NCBI GenBank assembly: GCA_963804995.1
Contig: CAWDSK010000006.1
Span: 832,001-896,000, forward strand
Length of the DNA: 64,000 nucleotides
Source: an uncultured Acidobacteriota bacterium
Lineage (GTDB): Bacteria; Acidobacteriota; Terriglobia; UBA7540
Direction of reading: 5' to 3'
The notes beneath the pieces are model-generated. The model had not been told where the DNA came from. It worked only from the letters and a program-made list of their open reading frames with translations, and made no database searches. A program made the translations under genes and the position numbers. This document shows, piece after piece, positions 52,940 through 61,851 of the stretch (position 1 is the stretch's first letter; each line of letters begins with the position of its first letter).

Positions 52940-53403
52940 CGTCGTTTTTTTTGCTGCTGCCGAAGCCGGCGCTCCAAGCTGCGAGGATGGACCCGTAGAC
53001 GGAAGGCTTTCTTCACCCGGGCCGCCAGTTCCTCGCTCCGCAAGGAGGGTTCGGCAGCTCGGGCCTGCCGGACGAACTCCATTACCTCGGCCGTGAGCTT
53101 GTGGGCGTGCCGAGGTCCCCGTTTCTGGGGAATCAATCCTGCGAGTCCCCTGGCTACGAAGCCCGCCTGGGCGAGGTAGAAGGAGGGTCTGGAGAAACCA
53201 AAAGCCTCCGCCGCTTGGCTCACCGCTTGGTTTTCGACCCTCACTTGGCGCAGCATCTCGTACTTGACCTGCAGCAAGTCCCGGGGATCGAAGAAGTCGC
53301 TGTCCTGGAACAGGGCGTGGGCCACCTCCTGCGGGCGGGGATTCAAGGTACCTTGGGAGCGCAGGATATGGCGCTTGGCATCGTGGCGTGAGGAAGGGGA
53401 CAT
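52936..53403 (-). CDS. Helix-turn-helix protein of LSR element
   Basis: FFDPRDLLQVKYEMLR, FGFSRPSFY, GLAGLIPQKRGP; GGAGGAG RBS. Confidence 0.85.
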   Translation of the reverse strand: MSPSSRHDAKRHILRSQGTLNPRPQEVAHALFQDSDFFDPRDLLQVKYEMLRQVRVENQAVSQAAEAFGFSRPSFYLAQAGFVARGLAGLIPQKRGPRHAHKLTAEVMEFVRQARAAEPSLRSEELAARVKKAFRLRVHPRSLERRLRQQQKKRR

Positions 53404-53444
53404 GGGCTCCTCCGGAGCAAATCCGGCAAACGAGTGTAATGTTA

Positions 53445-53473
53445 ATTATATACATTCTCTTGCTCCCTGTCAA
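53445..53473 (-). promoter_or_regulatory. Perfect sigma70 consensus promoter for the HTH-accessory-recombinase operon
   Basis: TTGACA-17nt-TATAAT on minus strand. Confidence 0.8.
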
Positions 53474-53623
53474 GCCTTTTCTATCCTCCGACCCGAATTT
53501 GTGTTGCACAATAAGCGGATATTGCACTCACACACCCACCGAAAACTCTGGACTTCGGCTCAAGCTCCGACATAATCCCTTTAACACAAACGGCGTAATT
53601 CCCTTTACAGACCTTCCGGGGCT

Positions 53624-53918
53624 TCAGGACCGTAAACCCTCCACCAAACGCACCAATTCAATCAGGTCCTCAACGCGAAAATACGAGCGGCCTCCCCCTA
53701 TGACCACGAATGGGTCCTCCCCCACGACACTCGTCCACCGCGCCGGTAGCGAGGTCAACTGGCCTCCTTCGTCGTAGAAATACACTCGGTCCTCCCCCCA
53801 GTTCTGGCGGTAGTCCACCCATTCGAATTCACGTTGGAACAGTGGATGGTAAGGGTGAGTTACTCGGAAACGTCGTTTTGAATAGTCTCTATGGTGTGTA
53901 GTTGACAACCTGATCCAA
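53624..53918 (-). CDS. Terminal small protein of LSR element (DUF5372/y4bD-like by recall), 5' end open at element boundary
   Basis: FRVTHPYHPL...WGEDRVYF...SLPARWTS...DPF...GRSYFRVEDL; no RBS plus ATG inside this end of the element. Confidence 0.75.
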
Positions 53919-54366
53919 TCCATACGTCGAGCGCCTAGTGGGCTCGATCCGGCGCGAGTGCCTGGACCATGTTGTTGTGTTCAACGAGTCTTCTCTGCGT
54001 GGCCTTCTAAATTCTTATTTCGCGTATTACCTACATTCGCGAACACATCTGGCGTTGGTGAAGGATGCCCCGGAAGCGAGGGTTATCCAAGGGCCGGAAT
54101 TCGGTGCCGTGGCAGAGATCCCCGAAGTTGGAGGACTCCATCACCGTTATGAACGGCGAGCAGCTTGAAGTGTCATTCCCCCAAGAGACAGTCTTGAGTT
54201 TCCTTCCGGCGCCAGCAGAGATTGGCGTTGGATGACAGAACCACGGATCGATTCCAGGATCCGTCTCCGCGAGAACGATGGTGAGGATATCGTGCGCTGC
54301 TGCTGGGAGGCACACGGAGCCATCTCGGATTATCTTCCTACTGCGATCGAGTTTTTGGTATGGACA

Positions 54367-54873
54367 ACTTTCCCGATGGCTACATTTTCCGGCTACTTTA
54401 AGGGGCAGAAGGTTTGTGCTGCTTGAGTTGTAAACCTGCTACCTCAAGGCTCTTCAAGATTAGCTCTGAAGCCAGCAACTGAGCCTGATCGCTAGAGCCG
54501 CCGAGCCCAACACTCGTGCCTTCGTTCACGTGACCCAGGCGATCCATCCGCGTCTTCACGTCCACCTCTTTGTGCTGCCCCCAGCGCGTTCCGACTGTGC
54601 GAAACCCCGTTGAGGAACCTACTGGATTGAAAGTTCTAACCAACCGTATGGATCGATTGGCCGCCCGTTGCGCGGTGCGTTTCCGGGTTGTGCTTCCTGC
54701 GTTGTTGAGGCAAACACCGTCCCGCAGGCTATGCTTCCATTATGCTTCCAATAAACGGGCTGAAAAAGCGGAGCAGAACCAAGCTAATATGCTTTGAATC
54801 AATGAGATGGCCTTGGGCGACTACAGCCCTGAAAAGGCTGGCGTCGGCGGTTCAACTCCGTCCCGCGGCACCA
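54367..54873 (+). repeat. 507-bp direct repeat, copy 2
   Basis: Matches 10842-11348 at a constant offset of 43525. Confidence 0.92.
54824..54873 (+). pseudogene. tRNA-Phe(GAA) 3' fragment, att-like
   Basis: Identical to 11299-11348. Confidence 0.8.
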
Positions 54874-55090
54874 ACTATCTTGCGGCCACACCTCCCCTCA
54901 GCAAATCCCAATCACACTCCTCAAGATAGAACGGACGGCTTCTTCGCCAGCATACATTCACACCCCTGACGTAGAAGAACCCCAGACCTCAAACGGCAGA
55001 GGTCCGTGCTGTAGTTGCTGAAGCGCTCGAAGCCGCGTAGCGGCGGCAGAATGTGGCCCATGGCGTGAGAAGGTGTGAAAAAATACCATT

Positions 55091-55174
55091 TTCACCGCTG
55101 AGACGCTGAGACGCAGAGAAATGAGCTTTTGGTTGCGGCTCCGCCACGCTGCGTCTCTGCCCCTCTGCGGTGAA
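55091..55174. repeat. Palindromic intergenic element
   Basis: TTCACCGCTGAGACGCTGAGACGCAG ... CTGCGTCTCTGCCCCTCTGCGGTGAA inverted arms. Confidence 0.6.
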
Positions 55175-55402
55175 CCTGCCAATTCTTTCGCAAAGGCACG
55201 AGATCTCCACCACAACCTTGCACCCAGGACCGATTTCGGACAATGTGACGCCCATCGCTTACGATTTGGGCTACCGGTAGCCCAAGTGTACATCTTTTTT
55301 ATATAATTACACCAACTATAAATGTTAATATAAATGTGAAGTGTCAGGCGCTGAGTGCCAAGTACTAGGTGCTTGGGGCTGAGGGCTGGGGAGAAGCCGT
55401 AA

Positions 55403-55546
55403 GCAGCGAGCGTTTTTTGCGAGTCCCGACAAGTCGGGATGGGCAGCGAGCGCTTTTTGCGAGTCCCGACAAGTCGGGATGGGCAGCGAGCGCTTTTTGC
55501 GAGTCCCGACAAGTCGGGAAAGGCAGCGAGCGGGATTTGCGAGTCC
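55403..55546. repeat. 40-bp tandem repeat (3.6 copies) with hairpin
   Basis: GCAGCGAGCGCTTTTTGCGAGTCCCGACAAGTCGGGATGG at 55403, 55443, 55483, partial 55523. Confidence 0.9.
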
Positions 55547-55767
55547 TAGTGGGCCAGGGTGGACAGCATGCTGACTCCTGATTTCCAACTTCTGATTCCA
55601 GAAATCTGACTAGTGCATGAAGTCAACGGTAAGTTGTCGCCTGTGAGCTGTCAGCCCTAAAAGGTAATTCCAACTTCTGGGAAGTCCGCCGCGTCACCAG
55701 CCGGCTGCTGAAAATCATACCCCGAGAGCGCAGAATGGAACCCGTGGAAGCGAGCAGAGAGGACCTA

Positions 55768-56037
55768 CTAACCCATGATATAGTAGAAAACAAAGGTACT
55801 TAGCGGTAAAATGGCAGAAATGTCCAAGCATCTATGTTGCTGAAATTAAATCATATAGCTCGTGCGAACGGCCTGGGAGCAGTGAAACAGGGGGAATTAA
55901 AAATGAAGGATGAACCCATCATGTTGTTGAAAACACATGTAGAAAAAATGTCGGTTTTGCGCTAACCCATGATGTTTATGAAAAATAAGCTAGTTATCGT
56001 CGCTAACCCATGATGTCTATGAAAAGAAAGGGAGTTA
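55768..56037. repeat. Cluster of five ~35-bp AT-rich motifs
   Basis: Consensus CTAACCCATGATGTnTATGAAAAnAAAGnnAGTTA at about 55768, 55826, 55912, 55962, 56003. Confidence 0.75.
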
Positions 56038-56083
56038 TAACTTTTTTTCACCACGGAAGGGGTTGATCCTGACAAGCAGAGAA

Positions 56084-56436
56084 GTGAGTAAGAATGGTTT
56101 CGCAGCGTCGGGCCTTGATGCAGATCTGGCCGTGGTCAAGACGCCAAACGGCCATCCCCCGACCTCAGGGCACTCGCTCATTCTCATTTGCCGGCCACCC
56201 ACACTCCCCCGCATCGCTTATCGGCGGAAGGAGGCAGCGAGGTGAGTAAAGATAGTTCCGCGACACCGGTTCTTGATGCAGCGATGGCCGCGGTCAAGGC
56301 ACCAAACGACCGACCGATCACCGAGCCCTCGCTGCTCCCCCTGCATCGGCCGCCCACACTCCCCTGCATCGCTTATCGGCGGAAGGAGGCAGCGAGGTGA
56401 GTAAAGATAGTTCCGCGACACCAGTTCTTAATGCAG
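56084..56436 (+). repeat. ~156-bp tandem repeat (2.3 copies) encoding coupled 52-53 aa ORFs
   Basis: Units start GTGAGTAA at 56084, 56242, 56397; AAGGAGG RBS and GTGA stop/start overlap. Confidence 0.8.
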
Positions 56437-56614
56437 GGCCTGCGTGCGGTTCGCGGAGCAACTCGACAACCTGCAATCACCGGAGAATCTCGCGGCGCTG
56501 GTGGCTCCCCAGGACGAAAAATCGCTGCTCATGCAAAGAATGGAAGATTCCAACCTGCGCCAATTGTGGCGGCTTACGAACGTGCTATTTAAGGTCCGCA
56601 ACGGAGCGCTGACC

Positions 56615-58559
56615 GGTTCTGTCAAAAGTTTTATGAAAGGTAATGAAGGGTCGGGAGGTGGGTAGAGCTGGGGGATTTGCCCCCAGACCCCCAGGATTTA
56701 TCGCTTTGGTGCCAAGATGGGTCTGGACTGGGGGAGCGAGTGGGGCTCGCTCCCGACCGATCTCGGCCCCGGGGTCGGCGCTCAGGTCGCATCCCTGCGG
56801 AGCCCTATCCTCCGCCCCGGCCACCGCGAAGTTTACTCCCACCGGGCTCAGGCCGCCAGGGCGAGAGCGAGGATCTTGTTCCACTGGCCTTGCAAGGTGG
56901 TGAGGGAACTCAACTCCGGCAAGGGGATGGGTACGCGGTAGCCCAGGGCCAGATGGGGGCGAAGGAAGTTGTAGTGGGTGACGAACAGGGTGGTGAGGGC
57001 CACGGCGCCGTTGCGCGTGGCAAAGCCGCAAGCCGGGCGGACGTGGTATTTGTAGGTGCGATTGAGACGTTCGATGAGTTGCTTGAAGGGGCGGAATTCC
57101 TTGGAGACCGCGTCGAGGTTTTCCAGGCCGATGACCTGCCGCAAGGTATGGGGAGGTTGGGAAGCGGTGCGGTGAGCGTTGAGGAAGTGTACGCCGGCCT
57201 GATAAGCGGGGTTGCCGTCGGTGATGAAACGCAGGGCCTGATCTTCGGGCAAGGTGCGCGCGGCCTCGCCCAGGGCCACGGTGGCGGCCAAGGCATCGCG
57301 CTCCGGCGCCACGTGATAGGACGTGATGCGATGCCCTTGGGGATCGAGAAAGAAGAACGTGTATGGGTGCTTCCCCGCGACGCGAATATAAGTCTCGTCG
57401 CCGGTGGCGGTGGCGCTGAGCGGGGCTTTGTAGCGGAGGTTGAAGGCGTGGCAGTAGTAAGCGGCGGCCTGGGCATAGTTGAGAACGGACTGGTAGCTGA
57501 GAGGCACGCCGAAGACTTGCCGCAGGACCTGGGCGGTCTTGCGGGCGGAGAGGGCGAAAGAGATGTGGAAGGCCAACACCAGGCCCAAGACATCGGAAGA
57601 ACGATGCAGACGGGTGAGGTCGACGGTGGGCGGATCGGGAGCGGTGGGGGCCAGTTGGGCGGGTTGAAAGTGGTATTCGCGATACTGGTAACGCAGCTTG
57701 AACTGCGTGCGGCGCAGCTTCTGGAGCAACTTCTCGTTCCAGTGCAGGGCTTGCTGCTTCTGGAGATAGTGAGGACAACGCTCGCCAGGACATTTGTAGA
57801 TGGTGCAATCGGCACGCTGCTTCCAGCGGAAGAGGGAGCTGCCGCAGTAGGGGCACCAGTAAGGAGTTTTCGTCGGGCGATGACGACGAGCGATTTGCGA
57901 CAGCCGGCCACAGACTTTGCAGCGCAGTTGGCGGGCGTGACGGCCATCGTTGAGGTAGAGGAAGTCGCGCGGTGCGCCGCAGTGGGCACAACGACAAGTG
58001 GGAGGCAGGGGGTGGGCGCCAGAACGCTGAATCGGAGCCAACGGTCGGCGGTGCTGGCGCTGGTACTGAGCCAGCAACTGCCGCCAGTTCCAGGTGCGAG
58101 GTGCCGGAGGCGGCTGGGTCAAGGGAGCCAGAGGGTCAACGTAGAAGTCGCGATAGTGTGGATGCTGCTGGCGAAAGTCGTCGCGGGGTTGAGGCTCGGG
58201 CTGGCGCCCGGCGAGAATCTCTTGCAGTTGCTCGACCAGTTCCTGCAAATCCTGGCGGGTAAATTTCCTACAGAGCCAAAGCACCAATCGTGGTATCTTG
58301 CCCATGGCGGTGAGTCTCTCGGGAACCTGGCGGGTTCCCTACAAGGTGGATTGGGAAAGAGAGACTTCACCGCCCTTTTTGTTTGCCGTCAAGCCCCACG
58401 ACGCAGTTACGTCCAGGAACTTAAGCGCGGCAACCCGACCGCACCTCACGCCAACGTCCTAGTCAAGCGCACCCGGAGGGGGGAGAAAGCAGAAAATCCA
58501 GTTTCTCCCAGCAATTCAATGGGTTATCGCCTTAGGGGACAAAAATTCTTGACACAACC
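56615..58559 (-). mobile_element. IS6-like element (1945 bp)
   Basis: IRs GGTTCTGTCAA / GGTTGTGTCAA; perfect 8-bp duplication CGCTGACC (56607-56614, 58560-58567). Confidence 0.9.
56848..58305 (-). CDS. DDE transposase with multiple Zn-finger motifs
   Basis: CAHC, CKVC, CPYC, CPGERC; GDETYI, ITDGNPAY, IERLNRTYK, YNFLRPH. Confidence 0.9.
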   Translation of the reverse strand: MGKIPRLVLWLCRKFTRQDLQELVEQLQEILAGRQPEPQPRDDFRQQHPHYRDFYVDPLAPLTQPPPAPRTWNWRQLLAQYQRQHRRPLAPIQRSGAHPLPPTCRCAHCGAPRDFLYLNDGRHARQLRCKVCGRLSQIARRHRPTKTPYWCPYCGSSLFRWKQRADCTIYKCPGERCPHYLQKQQALHWNEKLLQKLRRTQFKLRYQYREYHFQPAQLAPTAPDPPTVDLTRLHRSSDVLGLVLAFHISFALSARKTAQVLRQVFGVPLSYQSVLNYAQAAAYYCHAFNLRYKAPLSATATGDETYIRVAGKHPYTFFFLDPQGHRITSYHVAPERDALAATVALGEAARTLPEDQALRFITDGNPAYQAGVHFLNAHRTASQPPHTLRQVIGLENLDAVSKEFRPFKQLIERLNRTYKYHVRPACGFATRNGAVALTTLFVTHYNFLRPHLALGYRVPIPLPELSSLTTLQGQWNKILALALAA

Positions 58560-59037
58560 CGCTGACCCATAGAGATGTTAAAAATGAAGATCGACCCGGG
58601 GATGTGTATGAAAACAAAGGCGAGGATGACAAAATGTCGTGCAATTTACCAGTGTTTTTCCAAGAAAATGCAGAAATTTCACGATAATTCACACCATTGA
58701 ACAGATTTTTGACAGAAATTACGGGTTGCGCGGTAATTCGGGGCAAAGGCAGATGGCTTTTTTTGAAGACAAAAATGAGCATATCGCGCTACTCGCGGGC
58801 AGGGGCATAAATTCGCGCGAATCCAGAGGGTGCAACCCGGGTTGGATTGTGTTGGCGAAATGGCCTTCCAATGGAAAGGCAAATGCCGGAGGCGGACCGG
58901 CCTGTTCCTGCGGTGGCTGCCGCGTCCCTGACGTAGCACAGGGAAAAAATCCGCGCCTGTCATGGGTTGAATTTCGCAGCCTGGCAGGGCCGACCGAGTA
59001 CTGTGGGGTGGCAGGTCGCCCCAAAGCGGAGCAGCAA

Positions 59038-59051
59038 TTGATAAACATCAG
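59038..59051 (+). promoter_or_regulatory. Putative FNR/Crp-type box
   Basis: TTGAT-AAAC-ATCAG, one mismatch to TTGAT-N4-ATCAA, upstream of a cluster that encodes a Crp/Fnr regulator. Confidence 0.5.
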
Positions 59052-59187
59052 AAAACAGAACCCTAACGTGCTTCTTCCTCCCTGGGCATCGAGTACCCCC
59101 CTATTTTTGCAAAATGTCAATTCTGGCAGATAGATTGCGGCAACTCGTACTGGGAACATTCTTAATTCGTCGTGACAGGAGGGGAAG

Positions 59188-59673
59188 ATGACCATACCCC
59201 AACGAATCATCGACTTTTTGGATTCCCAGAACGTCCCTTTCGAGACGCTCCACCACTCGCAAGCCTTCACCGGACAGGAGATCGCTCATTCCCTCCATGT
59301 CTCGGGAAAGAGGTGTGTGAAGGCAGTGGCAGTCGCGGGGGACGATAAGATGGTGCTAGCAGTCATTCCTGCCTCGCACCGGTTGAATTTTCAAGAACTG
59401 AGGGCCGCGCTGGATGTGAGCCAACTGGAGATGTTGCACGAAGGTGAGCTGGTTGGACTCTTTCCGGACTGTGACCTTGGCGCCGTGCCACCCTTCGGTA
59501 ATCTATACGGGATTGAGGTATGGGTCGACCGGGCCGTGGCGGATGCAGAGGAAATCGTGTTCTGTGCGGGAAGTCACGAAGACTGCATTCGCATGCGTTA
59601 CTCGGACTTTTCGAGAGTGACCCTGCCTCGCTTGGGCCGGTTCTCTGAAATGGGAATGGCCAAGGCAGCCTGA
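59188..59673 (+). CDS. YbaK/ProX-family aminoacyl-tRNA deacylase
   Basis: VKAV, LAVIPA, FPDCDLGAVPPFGNLYG, AGSH. Confidence 0.9.
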   Translation: MTIPQRIIDFLDSQNVPFETLHHSQAFTGQEIAHSLHVSGKRCVKAVAVAGDDKMVLAVIPASHRLNFQELRAALDVSQLEMLHEGELVGLFPDCDLGAVPPFGNLYGIEVWVDRAVADAEEIVFCAGSHEDCIRMRYSDFSRVTLPRLGRFSEMGMAKAA

Positions 59674-59797
59674 GCTGGTTTGCGTGAACGTTTGCTTCCA
59701 TTCTCTTCCCCCCTCCGCTGCCCACGCCGGGCACGAGAGGGGTAGTTTGCCCTGCAAAGTTCATACATTGGTTGTATCAAGTTCATAGGAGTGCTTA

Positions 59798-61090
59798 ATG
59801 CTCAGTCTGAAAGAGGAATTGGAACAACAGATCCCCGCACTGCGGGAGGAAGCCCGCCAGCTCATTAAGGAGCACGGGGAGAAAGTCATTTCCCAGGTCA
59901 CGGTAGGCCAGGTTTTCGGAGGGATGCGCGGCATCCGAGGCTTGGTGTGCGATACCTCAGTTGTCGATCCTGACCGGGGATTGTCCGTCCGGGGAATCCC
60001 CATCGGAGAGCTTGCCGACCGCCTTCCCGAAGAGATCTTCTACCTGCTTTGCACCGGAAAGTTGCCCGACGCCAAGGCTCTCGCCTCGCTACAGGCAGAA
60101 TTCCGCAAGCGCGCGCACGTGTCACCTTATGTCTGGAACGTCCTGGAAGCGATGCCGAAAGATTCCCATCCCATGACGATGTTCAGCACCGCCATCCTGG
60201 TGATGGAGAGGGACTCCTCGTTCCGCCGCTGTTACTCCCACGGGATGCCCAAGGACAGCTACTGGCAAGCCACGTTGGAGGATTCCCTGCAACTGCTGGC
60301 CAAGCTTCCCGCGGTGGCAGCGGGAATCTATCGCCTGCACTCGCACCGGGGTACGCCGCTGCCCTCCGACCCCAGACTGGACTGGGCGGCCGACTACGCG
60401 CAGATGCTGGGCTTGACCGATCATAGCGGCGAATTCGCCAACCTGATGCGGCTCTACCTGACCTTGCACTGTGACCATGAGGGAGGAAACGTCAGCGCCT
60501 TCACGTGTCAGACCGTCGGATCAGCGCTTTCCGATCCCTATTATGCTGTCTCCGCAGGCTTGAACGGCCTGGCGGGGCCACTCCATGGACTAGCCAACCA
60601 GGAGTGCCTGCACTTCGTACTCGCCGTCCGCAAGGAGTTCAACGGGGTTCCCAGCGACGAGCAATTGCGCGAGTATGCTTGGAGTACCCTCAAGGCTGGT
60701 CGCGTGATTCCCGGTTACGGCCACGCTGTGCTGCGCATCACCGATCCGCGCTTTGCGGCCTTCCACAAATTCGGCGAACGCGTTTGCGCCAACGATGAAA
60801 TCTTCCGCATCGTCGACCGGGTCTTTGCCGTCGTCCCCGAAGTGCTGCGGGAACAGGGTAAGGCCAAGGATCCCTGGCCCAATGTCGATGCCATTTCCGG
60901 CTCCCTGCTGCATCACTTCGGCCTGACGGAGTTTGATTATTACACCGTTCTGTTCGGAGTCTCGCGCGCGCTGGGATTGTGTGCCCAGTTGGTCCTGAAT
61001 CGAGCCCTGGGTATGCCCATCACGCGGCCAAAGTCGGTTAGCACTGAATGGATCAAGTCGAATTCTCAGAAGGCCCAACAGGCCGCCTGA
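59798..61090 (+). CDS. gltA: Citrate synthase, eukaryote-like type
   Basis: GGMRGI, HPM, LHCDHEGGNVSA, GLAGPLHGLANQE, PGYGHAVLR, PWPNVDA. Confidence 0.95.
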   Translation: MLSLKEELEQQIPALREEARQLIKEHGEKVISQVTVGQVFGGMRGIRGLVCDTSVVDPDRGLSVRGIPIGELADRLPEEIFYLLCTGKLPDAKALASLQAEFRKRAHVSPYVWNVLEAMPKDSHPMTMFSTAILVMERDSSFRRCYSHGMPKDSYWQATLEDSLQLLAKLPAVAAGIYRLHSHRGTPLPSDPRLDWAADYAQMLGLTDHSGEFANLMRLYLTLHCDHEGGNVSAFTCQTVGSALSDPYYAVSAGLNGLAGPLHGLANQECLHFVLAVRKEFNGVPSDEQLREYAWSTLKAGRVIPGYGHAVLRITDPRFAAFHKFGERVCANDEIFRIVDRVFAVVPEVLREQGKAKDPWPNVDAISGSLLHHFGLTEFDYYTVLFGVSRALGLCAQLVLNRALGMPITRPKSVSTEWIKSNSQKAQQAA

Positions 61091-61161
61091 GAATATCGGT
61101 AGGGAAAACTTGTTTCCCCAGGAAGAATTACCGTTTGGGGAGTTTTCCAGAGGAGAATGTC

Positions 61162-61851
61162 ATGGGGCCTGGATGCACCAACTGTCCCGTCTTGAAAACC
61201 TCGCTGTTTCGCAGCATGAAGAGTGACGATATCCAACGACTAGGCTGCGTGTTCCGGCCTGCTCGCTATCGCCGGAACCAGATCCTGTTCTTCGAGGGAG
61301 GGGTGGCTCAACATCTGTTCGCGCTCCACTCCGGTCTGGTCAAGGTCGTGAAATCCCTCGAGAATGGAAAGGATCGGATCACCGGGGTCCTCTTCCCGGG
61401 TGAACTGTTCGGTCTTGAGGCGCTTACCGACGCCGCCTACCCCCTCACTGCCGTGGCCCTGCGGGATTGCGAGATTTGCGCGGCGCCGCGCGAAGAGTTT
61501 TCCACCTTCCTGCAAACCAATCCCGGGGTCGCCATTGGCATGGTTCAGTTTCTGATCGGCGAACTGGAGCGCATTCGGAAGCAAGTGACCGACATGAGCT
61601 TCAAGGATGCCCGCATGAAGGTGGCAACCTTTCTCCTCTCCCTGGTCACTTCCGACACGCCAACCAACAATGGCTCAGTGAACTTGACTTTGCCGCTCTC
61701 CCGCCAGGAGATCAGTGAGGTTCTGGAGCTATCACCGGAGACCGTGAGCCGAACCTTGAGCTCGTTCCGTCGTGAACAGCTCGTGATGGCGCGCGGAAGG
61801 CACCTGGTGATTCAGAATCGCGCTGGCTTGGAGGGCGTGGCGCATCGTTAG
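61162..61851 (+). CDS. Crp/Fnr-family transcriptional regulator
   Basis: N-terminal CTNC, cNMP-binding domain (PGELFG), HTH LSRQEI...PETVSR. Confidence 0.92.
   Translation: MGPGCTNCPVLKTSLFRSMKSDDIQRLGCVFRPARYRRNQILFFEGGVAQHLFALHSGLVKVVKSLENGKDRITGVLFPGELFGLEALTDAAYPLTAVALRDCEICAAPREEFSTFLQTNPGVAIGMVQFLIGELERIRKQVTDMSFKDARMKVATFLLSLVTSDTPTNNGSVNLTLPLSRQEISEVLELSPETVSRTLSSFRREQLVMARGRHLVIQNRAGLEGVAHR

Larger units (their letters stand above)
50541..53918 (-). mobile_element. Large-serine-recombinase integrative element (3378 bp, four genes)
   Basis: Flanks CAGAA|...|AATCCATAC share a 2-bp AA; removal restores PWQNPYVERLVGSIRRECLD. Confidence 0.9.
49686..54366 (+). mobile_element. IS481-like element interrupted by LSR element
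   Basis: Ends TGTCCCTACCAATAATCTCG and CGAGTTTTTGGTATGGACA; transposase 49759-50540 plus 53919-54168, with nonsense TGA at 49813. Confidence 0.9.

Noticed and set aside
55403..55546. CRISPR array
   Set aside because: Units are contiguous with no unique spacers, and there are no cas genes in the window
55768..56037. CRISPR array or integron attC array
   Set aside because: Copies are degenerate and irregularly spaced, too short for attC, and there are no cassette ORFs or integron integrase
56677..58572. 631-aa plus-strand ORF (and overlapping 470/359-aa ORFs)
   Set aside because: Antisense or alternate-frame shadows of the GC-rich transposase; no motifs
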